A DNA stretch of 64,000 bases from Chthonomonadales bacterium (GTDB lineage: Bacteria > Armatimonadota > Chthonomonadetes > Chthonomonadales > CAJBBX01), in assembly GCA_038229495.1 (NCBI GenBank), contig JBBROJ010000008.1, positions 4,233 through 68,232 of the forward strand, given 5' to 3'. Position numbers and translations under genes: made by a program. The stretch's first letter is position 1. Each line of letters begins with the position of its first letter. The notes beneath the pieces are model-generated. The model was given only the letters and a program-made list of their open reading frames with translations. It searched no databases and was not told where the DNA came from. Of the stretch, positions 1 through 8,678 are shown piece after piece.

Positions 1-28
1 CGCATCGGAAGATGGCGAAACCGCTGAT

Positions 29-107
29 TTAGCCAGTATGAACATTATGAATATGATAAAGACGAATCGGAAAGGGCTATTATGTTCATAGTATTCATAC
101 TGGCTAA
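29..107. repeat. Inverted-repeat element built from 9-mer units (29-bp arms)
   Basis: ttagccagtatgaacattatgaatatgat (29-57) vs reverse complement of 79-107: 25/29 identical; 3 of the 4 mismatches are G-U compatible on the + strand. Confidence 0.8.
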
Positions 108-136
108 CCAAGACGTTAGTAGAAGGCGATCTTGCA

Positions 137-802
137 ATGGCTGGGAATGAGTGGAAACGACTAAGAATAAAAGACCCGTTTTGCGGCGTCTCCCATGGCG
201 TAGGGGCGGTACTCTCGGTCGCAGCGCTCATCACGCTGCTTATCGTGGCGGGCGGGCGCGTCTGGCATACGGTCAGCTTTGCCGTTTATGGCGCAAGCCT
301 TATCATTCTTTATTCGGCGAGCTGTCTTTATCACTCCCTGACGGTTGACGAGCGCAGGGTCGAGCGGTTGATGCGTTTCGATCACGTCGGAATCTTCCTG
401 CTCATTGCGGGAACGTATACACCCGTATGTCTTGTAACGCTGAGAGGAACCTGGGGCTGGTCCATGCTTGCCGCCGAATGGGTCATGGCCGGGCTAGGTA
501 TCGCCGGAATCCTGCTGTTGAAGAAGATGCCAAGCTGGTTGCGGGTCGTGCTCTATCTCGGAATGGGGTGGCTGGCGGTCATTGCCATGCCGCCTTTGCG
601 CGCCGCCCTGCCGCCCGCGGCGATCGGCTGGCTGTTCGCCGGAGGCATCATCTACAGCGTCGGCACGGTTATCTATGCAACGGAGCGGCCCAATCTCTGG
701 CCCGGCAAATTCGACGCCCACGACCTCTGGCACGTATTTGTGCTCGGCGGCAGCGCGTGCCACTTCATCCTGATGCTCCTCTTCATTGCGCCGGGCGGGT
801 AA
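137..802 (+). CDS. Hemolysin III / PAQR family membrane protein
   Basis: Multiple hydrophobic helices; SHGVGA, S..YH, RFDHVGIFLLIAGTYTP and H.LWHVFV motifs typical of HlyIII/YqfA. Confidence 0.92.
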   Translation: MAGNEWKRLRIKDPFCGVSHGVGAVLSVAALITLLIVAGGRVWHTVSFAVYGASLIILYSASCLYHSLTVDERRVERLMRFDHVGIFLLIAGTYTPVCLVTLRGTWGWSMLAAEWVMAGLGIAGILLLKKMPSWLRVVLYLGMGWLAVIAMPPLRAALPPAAIGWLFAGGIIYSVGTVIYATERPNLWPGKFDAHDLWHVFVLGGSACHFILMLLFIAPGG

Positions 803-832
803 AGTTCTGCGATGAGCGAGTGAATGAATTCA

Positions 833-873
833 CTCGCTGAAGGGCCTGCGGCCATTCGTCCTGCCGGACGAAA
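833..873 (-). repeat. REP-like dispersed repeat (core cgtccggcaggacg..tggcc)
   Basis: 37/41 identical to 25049-25089; same palindromic core as 15020-15078, 17194-17252 and 62204-62260. Confidence 0.75.
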
Positions 874-923
874 GAACACTTAAACAAGAAGGGTGCTGAG
901 TCGCAAAAAGCATCAGGATTGAG

Positions 924-1142
924 TTGGATAGATACAAGGTCGTGATTTTGTGGAGCGAAGGTGACCAGGCGTATCTTGCGGAGATGCCGGAACTGCCTGG
1001 TTGTATGGCGGATGACGCTACGCAAGAGCAGGCGCTGCAAATCGTGCGGGAAACCGCGCATTTGTGGATGCAAACTGCTCAAGAGATTGGCCGCCCGATT
1101 CCCGCGCCGGATACGAGCGAGTTTATGCTGCGCGCGGGATAG
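924..1142 (+). CDS. hicB: HicB-family antitoxin, orphan (no adjacent hicA)
   Basis: Y.VVI.WSE.DQAYLAEMPELPGCMAD.AT..QAL....E....W...A.E.GRPIP pattern of short HicB. Confidence 0.8.
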   Translation: MDRYKVVILWSEGDQAYLAEMPELPGCMADDATQEQALQIVRETAHLWMQTAQEIGRPIPAPDTSEFMLRAG

Positions 1143-1149
1143 AATCCTT

Positions 1150-2160
1150 ATGTTTCGTCTTCAAGTATGCTTCGCCGTGATCGCTGTGCTTGCGCTCTTG
1201 TCGAACCGTGTTCTCGCCGCCCCGGACGTCCCGGACGGACCGACTTCCGCCGAGCTTCGCAGGATCGCCCAGGAGGATCAGGCGGACCGATCCAAGCCGC
1301 CGCCATATCCACCTGAAGAGATTCGCCGGATGAAGCGGCGTGATTCGGAGCGTCGAAAGCGTGTTTCTGATCGTCTGGCACGAGACATGCTGGTGATCGG
1401 CGAGGATTTCGACCACGCCGCACTGGTTTTCCAGCATGGAGAAAAGCTCGACGATTACCTGATCGCCCGAGAACTCGGCATCCTCGCCGCCATTAACGAG
1501 AGTTACACGAGTCTTCCCGCGCTCGCCGAATACCGATTCCTGGTCACAATTCACCGGAAACAGAGATTCGTAAGCCAGTCACACTTCGATAAGCGCGGCA
1601 GTCAGCATGCCGATCCGATCGATGAGGAAGGAGATACCGCGGTCACGGACCCGCTCAGACTCGATTTTCTCACGGCTCCGCTCGCGGAATCGAAGACCAA
1701 ATTCGAGCGCGCGGTTCAGGAGTCGATGCCCGCGATCTTCGAGAGGCTGGGGAAGCGGCTGGATCCGGCGAGGCAGGAAGAGTTCGAACATAGCGAGGGC
1801 ACTCAGGAATTAAACAGTCTCTTTGAGAAGCACCGCGACTGAACCGAGATTTCAGAGGCAACGCGTGGGCGGGTTGTGGCAATCTACCGCGCGGATAAGC
1901 TCATGGTGGCAAACGACTACTATCGGGCGGCGTTTCTGCTGGCTATAGGTAAAAGGCGCGAAGACATTCTGCTCGCCAACGAGCTTGCGGTACTCGCCGC
2001 GATGCGCAAACAGCCCAACGCGCCGCGGCTCTTCGCGGCGACCTGGGATCGGTTTGCGCGCTCTATCCGCCGACCCGCCCGCTACGGAACCTTCCCCGAT
2101 TCAAAGGTGCACCCGGATGTCGCGCCGGCCGTCGGACGCGCTTTCGGCCTCATCCAATGA
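1150..2160 (+). pseudogene. Secreted two-repeat-domain hypothetical protein interrupted by in-frame TGA (1840-1842)
   Basis: Signal peptide; ORFs 1150-1842 and 1876-2160 are in the same frame with one stop between them; the second half repeats the first-half pattern (D...AA.......D.L.A.EL..LAA...L.A....RF...I.R..R). Confidence 0.65.
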
Positions 2161-4060
2161 ACAGTCCTCCGAACGCCTCCTCGGCCAACTCGTCCTCAAC
2201 CTCTACAATGTCTTCGCCGATAGACCCGACATTCAAGCCTGTTAGGAATCGAGACGGAGAGACGGTCGCGCTGTTCCAATTCTGAAGCGAGGAGATGACC
2301 AGTGCATCCCGAGCACGCGTAGCCATCACGTAGGCGATTCGTCGCTCCTCATCCACGTCCTCGGCTTTTCGGTGCGGTAGAATCTCCTCCGACCATCCTG
2401 TCGCGAAGACATATCGCCACTCCAGCCCTTTCGCGGCGTGACCCGTGCAGAGCGTAACCGCATCCTCCTCCTGCCGCTTCTTTTTCATCTCGGCCTTCAT
2501 CCGCTCGTTGTTTTCTCGCACTTTGCGAACCGCCCTAAGGTAGTCAGCAATAGTCGGATAGTGCGAGGCGGCGTCCTGCATTCTCTGGAGGTTCTGGATA
2601 CGGTCGTTGTCACGGGAGTCCACCTCCTCGATTCGGAGCCAGGCGTCGAACTCGCAGATCTGGCGAATGGTCTTGACCGCCTCGCCCGCATTCGCGGCCC
2701 GAGGCAGGCGCTCATCGATCTGCTGAAGCTCCCCCAGCATATGCCGGACTGCGCGGTGAGAATTCAGGTCCGGCGCGGTGAAATCGGGCAGGCTCTGCCA
2801 GACCGTCTTTCCCTGCATTTCTGCCACGCGCCGCATTTCGGAGCCGACGGAGCGTAACAGCCTGCGATTCGGGAGATTGAGGAATGCGAGCAGCCATTCA
2901 TCATCATAATTGGTGAAGAACTCGAGGTAGGCCATCATTCCGGCGATCTCTTTGCGGCCATAAAAGTCGCCGTCCTGCCGGGTTATGAAGGGAATATTCA
3001 GCGCCGCGAGGTTACGCTCAAACGCTTCCGACTGCGCGTTGAGGCGATAGAGAATCGCCATATCCTTGAATTTCGCGCCCTTCTCCGCCAGCCGCAATAT
3101 CTCGTCTCCCACCGCCAGCGCCTCCGTATCCGCGTCTGCAAACCGGCTCCAGCGAACGGGCGTCCCTTCACTCCTGGTCGGGACGAAATGTATGGGCCTC
3201 CGATTCTCGTCCTGGCGAATCAGGCTGTCGGCGAAGGTAATAATCGAGCGGGTGGAGCGGTAGTTCTCCTTCAGCTCATAGATATGCGTCGTAGGGTGTC
3301 CCGCGAACTGCTGGTACGTCTCTCCGTCCGCGCCGCGGAATCCATAGAGTGACTGGTCGGGGTCCCCCACCAGCATCACGTTGTGGTGATGCTGCCCCAG
3401 GGCCAGGGCGATGACGTACTGCGGCCGGTTCATGTCCTGCGTCTCGTCTACGAGAATATGGGTGAATCGATTGGACCATTTTTGCAGCGCAACAGCGTCC
3501 TGCTTTAACAGATTGGCTACGTCGATCAGTAAGTCGTCGAACTCCTTCAGGCCGCGCTGCACCTTGATCTTTTCGAAGCTTTTCCATGCTCCCGCGAACT
3601 CGCGGTCCTCGTAAGTGCCATCATGCTTGTAACCGCTCGCGCTCTCGCCGGTATTCTTCAAGAAGCCCATGCGGGTTAGAAAGCCGTTGACGCCTCCCTC
3701 CAGCTCCAACGCCCTCGCGGCTTCGGCGATTCCACGCCGCTGGCCTTCATCGGTGAGAATTTGGAACTTTAGGCCCTGGGAACGGAGAACGGCGAGGCAG
3801 AGCGCGTGAAGCGTGGTGATGTGGGCGCTTCCGGGGCTGCTTTTCGGGACGAGCGGGGAGATTCGCGACCGCATCTCCTCGGTCGCGTCGTTGGTGAAGG
3901 TGGTAACGAGCACGCGGCAGCCGCGCTCAGCCAAACGGGCCGCCCGAAGCGCGACCACCCGTGTCTTACCGCTGCCCGGCCCCGCGTGGATTGCTGCCGG
4001 TCCCTCGTCATGAAGCGCGGCAGCCCGCTGGCTCGAATTCAGTTGCGACCAACTTGCCAA
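2150..4060 (-). CDS. UvrD/PcrA/Rep family SF1 DNA helicase
   Basis: AGPGSGKT Walker A, TTFTN, ILVDETQD, VGDPDQSLYGFRGA, ENYRS, ILYRLNAQS, T.HAAKGLEW, EERRIAYVMATRAR motifs. Confidence 0.95.
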   Translation of the reverse strand: MASWSQLNSSQRAAALHDEGPAAIHAGPGSGKTRVVALRAARLAERGCRVLVTTFTNDATEEMRSRISPLVPKSSPGSAHITTLHALCLAVLRSQGLKFQILTDEGQRRGIAEAARALELEGGVNGFLTRMGFLKNTGESASGYKHDGTYEDREFAGAWKSFEKIKVQRGLKEFDDLLIDVANLLKQDAVALQKWSNRFTHILVDETQDMNRPQYVIALALGQHHHNVMLVGDPDQSLYGFRGADGETYQQFAGHPTTHIYELKENYRSTRSIITFADSLIRQDENRRPIHFVPTRSEGTPVRWSRFADADTEALAVGDEILRLAEKGAKFKDMAILYRLNAQSEAFERNLAALNIPFITRQDGDFYGRKEIAGMMAYLEFFTNYDDEWLLAFLNLPNRRLLRSVGSEMRRVAEMQGKTVWQSLPDFTAPDLNSHRAVRHMLGELQQIDERLPRAANAGEAVKTIRQICEFDAWLRIEEVDSRDNDRIQNLQRMQDAASHYPTIADYLRAVRKVRENNERMKAEMKKKRQEEDAVTLCTGHAAKGLEWRYVFATGWSEEILPHRKAEDVDEERRIAYVMATRARDALVISSLQNWNSATVSPSRFLTGLNVGSIGEDIVEVEDELAEEAFGGLFIG

Positions 4061-4215
4061 AAATCAAACTCCGAGCGGCCAAAATACGGTTCCTGTCTCT
4101 TAGAGACTGTATAGAAACCTCCGCCAACCCTGGCCCCGTACCCACCCCCAGGCCCCCTCCCGGGACGGGGGGGGAGCTTTGGCGGAAGATTCGAGCTTTC
4201 GCCCAGGTTGGTGTT

Positions 4216-4297
4216 AGCCCCCTCCTTACTAAGGAGGGGGTTGGGGGAGGTGTTCCATTTAAGCCCCCTCCTTACTAAGGAGGGGGTTGGGAGAGGT
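4216..4297 (+). repeat. Two 36-bp palindromic direct repeats (4216-4251, 4262-4297), with a related inverted copy near 4141-4177
   Basis: agccccctccttactaaggagggggttggg[g/a]gaggt twice, one mismatch, 10-bp spacer; internal hairpin ccccctcctt-act-aaggaggggg. Confidence 0.85.
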
Positions 4298-4301
4298 TCC
4301 C

Positions 4302-5456
4302 CTACTCCCAGCGGAACGTGCGCGCGGCGATGAGGAGTCCGCCCAGGAGCCACGCCGCCATCACCCCGAAGCTGACCGGCACGGTATAAGTTAAGGGCGC
4401 ATCGACCATAACGTGGCGAAGCAGATTCGCGAGATGTGTGGCGGGCAGGACGCCAACGATCGAGCGCATGCCTTCAGGAAGTATCTGCAATGGTATAAAC
4501 ATACCCGAGAGAAACATCATGGGAAAGTTTACCAGCTGCACCATGGACACGCCGCTCTCCTGCGTCTTGGCGATGGACGCCAGGACAGATGCGATTCCAA
4601 TAAAAGTAAAGACGCCGAAGATGATAATCGCGAGCAGCGCCGGCCACGAGCCGGTCATATGGAATTTGAAAAAGAGCAGACCTACCGCCAGAATAACCAT
4701 CGTCTGGAGGACGCCGATAAACAGCCTCTGCGTCACCTGGCTCCCGATTATCGTCATGCGGGGAAGCGGAGTGGCGCGCAGCCGCTTCAGTATGCCCTTT
4801 TCGCGCATGTTGATGAAGGGAATCGCGGTAAATAGTCCCAACTGCATCACAGTCATCGCAAGGATTCCCGGCAAGAGGAAGTCGATACCGTTCAGCTTGT
4901 CCTCTTTCGCCCGATTTCCGGTGGGAGCGAGCGATTCTTGTGAAACGCGGAAGAGCGGCGCGGCTGATGCTTGGGGATTTCGAGCATTCGCCAATCTGCG
5001 CACAGTTCCAAGCTCCATATTCGAGATGACGTTACGGAGCAAGCCCATCACCATCTGCGACGTTTGGGGCTGCGTTTCATCCGCGAATATCTTTACATCG
5101 CTCGTCTGCTGAGACAGCAGCTTGACGCCGAAATCCACTGGAAACACGATGACCGCATCCCGCTTGCCCTCTTTCAGCAGGTTCTGCTCCGCTTTCAGAG
5201 AGCCGGTCGTCGTTTTCAGGATCTTGGCGAGGTCACCGCTCCGAAACACCTTTGGGACCCACGCTGCGGCAGGTGATGGGTCAAGGACGACCAGCCCCAC
5301 CTTGAACTGCATCTGCGGTCCATCCTTCTTCTGCCCAAAAATGGTTCCGAAAATGAAGATGAAGAAGAGTGGGAAGAAAAAGCTCCAGAAGACGCCCTGC
5401 TTGTCTCTAAAGAATCCGCGGATTCCCGCACGCGTTAGGTGAAGATAGGCATTCAA
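4302..5456 (-). CDS. ABC-2 type exporter permease
   Basis: N-terminal TM helix, extracytoplasmic domain, C-terminal TM bundle with REKGILKRLRATPL and FPMMFLSGMFIP motifs; downstream of the ATPase gene. Confidence 0.92.
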   Translation of the reverse strand: MNAYLHLTRAGIRGFFRDKQGVFWSFFFPLFFIFIFGTIFGQKKDGPQMQFKVGLVVLDPSPAAAWVPKVFRSGDLAKILKTTTGSLKAEQNLLKEGKRDAVIVFPVDFGVKLLSQQTSDVKIFADETQPQTSQMVMGLLRNVISNMELGTVRRLANARNPQASAAPLFRVSQESLAPTGNRAKEDKLNGIDFLLPGILAMTVMQLGLFTAIPFINMREKGILKRLRATPLPRMTIIGSQVTQRLFIGVLQTMVILAVGLLFFKFHMTGSWPALLAIIIFGVFTFIGIASVLASIAKTQESGVSMVQLVNFPMMFLSGMFIPLQILPEGMRSIVGVLPATHLANLLRHVMVDAPLTYTVPVSFGVMAAWLLGGLLIAARTFRWE

Positions 5457-5507
5457 TGTTTGGCGAACCTCACTCCCAACAGCCTGGCAATCAAGCAGCC
5501 CTGCGCT

Positions 5508-6428
5508 CTAGTCACGAATCCGGCGTCCTGTCAACTTCAAGAAAACATCTTCCAGCGTGGCGCGTCGAATTCGGATGTCGCCCAGCTCCAATCCTTGGGT
5601 TTCCGCCCGCTCAAGTAGAGCGGCGAGAGTTTTTTGGACAGCATCCGAATAGAGAACAACGAGATCACTCTCGCTGGCGGCGCGCAGCACGCCCGCGAGA
5701 TCGGCATACGATTCGGGAGCCGTTCCTTCGGGAGCCTCGAACTCGATGGCGCGCTCAGGGAACTCTGATTTGACCAGGCCATCCGGCGAGTCGAGGGCCA
5801 AAATCTTCCCATGGTCCATAATTGCAATGCGATCGCAAAGTCGCTCCGCCTCGTCCATGTAGTGCGTCGTAAGAAAGACGGTCTTACCGCTCGCGCGCAT
5901 CTCCTCGATTACCTCCCACAGAGAGCGGCGGGCCTGCGGATCGAGGCCGGTCGTTGGCTCGTCCAGAAAGACAAGTTGAGGATCGTTTACGAGCGCGAGG
6001 GCAACGGCCAGTCGCTGCTGCTGACCACCCGACAGGGTCTGGACTCGCGCATTCCGCTTCTCCTGGAGGCCAAGGCGGTCAAGCAGCGAATCGGGCGATA
6101 CGCATTTTGGGAAGAAGCTGCCAAAAAGGTCCAGAAGCTCCCAGGGCGTCTGATTCGGGAACAGCGAGGTGGATTGCAGCGCCACGCCGACCTGCGTCTT
6201 CACCTTTGCCGCCTCGCGACCCAGGTCCATGCCGAGCACTTCGGCGCGTCCGCTGTCAGATGTGCGAAGCCCCTCTAATATCTCTGACGTGGTCGTCTTG
6301 CCCGCGCCGTTGGGGCCGAGCATGCCGAATACTTCGCCCTTCTCGACGCTAAAGCTTATGCCATCGACGGCGCGCACCCCGCCATAGCTTTTCACCAGGT
6401 TGTCCACGCGAATAGCGGTCATTGTCAT
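5508..6428 (-). CDS. ABC exporter ATP-binding subunit
   Basis: GPNGAGKTT, LSGGQQQR, LDEPTTGLDP, TTHYMDEAE. Confidence 0.95.
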   Translation of the reverse strand: MTMTAIRVDNLVKSYGGVRAVDGISFSVEKGEVFGMLGPNGAGKTTTSEILEGLRTSDSGRAEVLGMDLGREAAKVKTQVGVALQSTSLFPNQTPWELLDLFGSFFPKCVSPDSLLDRLGLQEKRNARVQTLSGGQQQRLAVALALVNDPQLVFLDEPTTGLDPQARRSLWEVIEEMRASGKTVFLTTHYMDEAERLCDRIAIMDHGKILALDSPDGLVKSEFPERAIEFEAPEGTAPESYADLAGVLRAASESDLVVLYSDAVQKTLAALLERAETQGLELGDIRIRRATLEDVFLKLTGRRIRD

Positions 6429-6590
6429 CTCGAAAGCTGATGGATGCAATACGGGAGGGGTATTTCGGAACGCGCCCAGCGGACACTACGCCGTCCCCGC
6501 TCGGATGGTTTCAAAGGTGGGCAGCGGACTGAGGAACACGGCGGAAACGCGAGCGGCCCCATCATTTCCATGAATGAAGGGGCCGCCAAT

Positions 6591-6665
6591 TGGTTGCGGG
6601 GGAAGGTTTCGAACCCTCGGTCTTCTGGGCCAGAACCAGACGTGTTGCCGCTACACCACCCCGCA
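6591..6665 (-). tRNA. tRNA-Gln (anticodon CTG), CCA encoded
   Basis: Minus strand TGCGGGG...CCCCGCA-A-CCA acceptor stem (U1-A72), anticodon arm TCTGG-TTCTGGC-CCAGA, GGTTCGAAACC T-arm. Confidence 0.95.
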
Positions 6666-6677
6666 CCGACGCTTTAT

Positions 6678-6706
6678 ATTATATCGGACAGCCTCGAATC
6701 TGTCAA
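6678..6706 (-). promoter_or_regulatory. Sigma70 consensus promoter of tRNA-Gln
   Basis: TTGACA-N17-TATAAT on the minus strand immediately upstream of the tRNA. Confidence 0.85.
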
Positions 6707-6763
6707 TGTAAAGCGCGAATAATTCCGGATCAACGACTGATTTGCGACGAGGAGCAGCACGAA

Positions 6764-7291
6764 CCCTACATGTACAGCGCCAATAGTGGTTATAGGAATG
6801 ACGGGGATGCCAGTCTTGTCCATGTGGGAGCCAGATACTACGATCCTCAAGTAGGGAGGTTCATTACAAGGGACAACGAACTAGACCAACATCCGTATCT
6901 CTATTGCGAGCATGATCCTGTTAACTGTCTTGATCCGAGCGGGCACGTCCGGAAGTGGGTCTTGAAACTCGTACGCATCATCGGGCTTGGCTGAAGCGGA
7001 TACCGAGACGACCCAACGGGTGAACCAGTTCCGATTAACCCCAAGCCTGACATCGTACGCTCGATTGGCAGCGGAGGCGGGGGTAATGGAGGCGGTAGCA
7101 ATCTATGGAATACCAACGGCGGATCTACTGGGCAACCATTACAACCAGGGGGGTCAACGGGGGTGGACGGCTTCCTTCCGATTCTAAAGTCCTTCTTTAG
7201 TGCCTCACTACTGTACTTCTATCCGAAAGGAGGCATGATGAGCTTGATGCCGGGTGGAAATCCGGCAGGCGGGAATCCGAACGACTGTTGA
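6764..7291 (+). pseudogene. RHS/YD protein C-terminal core fragment plus variable tip, with in-frame TGA at 6992-6994
   Basis: GYRND.D..L.HVGARYYDPQVGRFITRD...YLYC..DPVN..DPSG is the RHS-associated core ending; the frame stays open 99 codons beyond the TGA; no N-terminal part. Confidence 0.8.
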
Positions 7292-7457
7292 TTCTGTTAA
7301 GTTTGCCCGCTTGGGTTGCAGATAGGCCTTGGCGGGCAAACTCATAAGCAAGAACGCCATATTTTGATGAATGTAATGTGTCCGTGTTTGATTGGATTGA
7401 TTGGACGAGGCAGTCATATTAACCATATGATCAGCGAACTGAAGGGAAACCGGAGCA

Positions 7458-8111
7458 ATGATAAACATACATCTGCCGCTCGTCCGGAATTTATTTGATC
7501 CCATTCTGCAGGCAGAGTTTATAAGCTTCGCTCAAGTCGCATACAATTCGTGCGTGGACTGGTTTGGCGTGCCTAACGATGAGAAGCGAAAGTTTGTCTT
7601 GGTTTGGGGACATTTCGACGGTTGCTGCCGCAATCGTCTCGTTCGTGAATACACTATTGTGATTCGAAGAGAATATCAACATCCAGAGCAGATTATGGCT
7701 GCTACGGCCCACGAAATGTATCACCGAGTAACAATGTGGAGGCGAGGCTTGACACAATGTGTTTGGACCGATGAAATGCTCGCCTTTCTTGCATCCCAAA
7801 AACTTCTGGTATTACACGGAATGACCGATTACGCGCGACTTCGGTATGAGACACTACGCGAACATCACAAGATGTTGAGCATGGACTCTTTGCGCAAATG
7901 CGTTCGTAAGCGTGTTACTTTTGGACGCCGTGGAGTTGTTTATCCCGAGGGCTTTGGCGAAAGTGTAGCCCGTGTTGGAGTAGAGCTTGAGGCTCTCGTT
8001 GGCTGGGACGCAATTTGCCGCATCGTAAAACACACAGCATGGAACGACTGGCTCGTTGAAATTGATGCCATAACAATTCCTGCCGTCGCCAAGCTCCTTT
8101 CGCTCGGTTGA
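7458..8111 (+). CDS. Hypothetical protein with HExxH (HEMYH) plus downstream E, zincin-like
   Basis: 217-aa ORF in a visibly lower-GC stretch; AHEMYH...DEMLA arrangement. Confidence 0.6.
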   Translation: MINIHLPLVRNLFDPILQAEFISFAQVAYNSCVDWFGVPNDEKRKFVLVWGHFDGCCRNRLVREYTIVIRREYQHPEQIMAATAHEMYHRVTMWRRGLTQCVWTDEMLAFLASQKLLVLHGMTDYARLRYETLREHHKMLSMDSLRKCVRKRVTFGRRGVVYPEGFGESVARVGVELEALVGWDAICRIVKHTAWNDWLVEIDAITIPAVAKLLSLG

Positions 8112-8126
8112 TTCAGTAGTATGTGA

Positions 8127-8678
8127 TGCTCCAACACGACCAGCTACGCATATACGAGCACCCAAACCGTCATCACGGACGCCAACTCGCACACGGTCAA
8201 GCATAACTACACGAGCGGCAAATTATCGAGCGTGGAGGATCAGGCGGGCGTATCCGAATCCTATACCTACGATGCGGATTACTACAAGACGCAGATAACG
8301 GACAGGCGCGGGCACAATTGGACCTATACCTACGATTCAGCAGGTAATGTCCTCACAAAGACCGACCCGCTGAGCCACGTCTGGACCTATACTTACAACG
8401 CCAGGAATCAGGTGACTTCCGTCGTGGACCCGCTCGGTAATCAGGTAGTGAGCGCCTACGACACGCCGGGCAATCTCACAACGGTCACCGAGAAGAACGG
8501 CGCAGGAGTCACCCCGGCAACCACGACATATGCCTACGATTCTGGCGGGCACGGTCTTTTGGTCATCAAGGCAGTCTCCAATAGCCACGCTCGCGTTAAT
8601 CTATCTTCGATGGTCCCGAAGCTCCATCCCATCTACGGATACATGCCACGTATTGTGGTTGCTTCGGCGACGCGCTGA
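8127..8678 (+). pseudogene. YD-repeat (RHS) internal fragment
   Basis: Repeated YTYD..GN.....DP..H.WTYTYN..NQVTSVVDPLG units; no proper start; similarity is lost near 8570 where it runs into the gdhA 3' end. Confidence 0.8.

Noticed and set aside
1840-1842. In-frame TGA as selenocysteine or genome-wide TGA recoding (also 6992-6994, 21925-21927)
   Set aside because: No convincing SECIS hairpin, and the positions do not align to Cys. TGA ends conserved genes here (dnaA, argB, argJ, pheA), Trp is encoded by TGG, and TAA/TAG nonsense codons also occur in the four-helix pseudogene.
4216-4297. Two 36-bp palindromic direct repeats as a mini-CRISPR array
   Set aside because: Only two copies, a 10-bp spacer (too short), and no cas genes in the window.
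6553-6760. tRNA-Gln as the integration site of the RHS island
   Set aside because: The remnant lies on the 5'/promoter side of the tRNA; no duplicated tRNA 3' end and no integrase were found.
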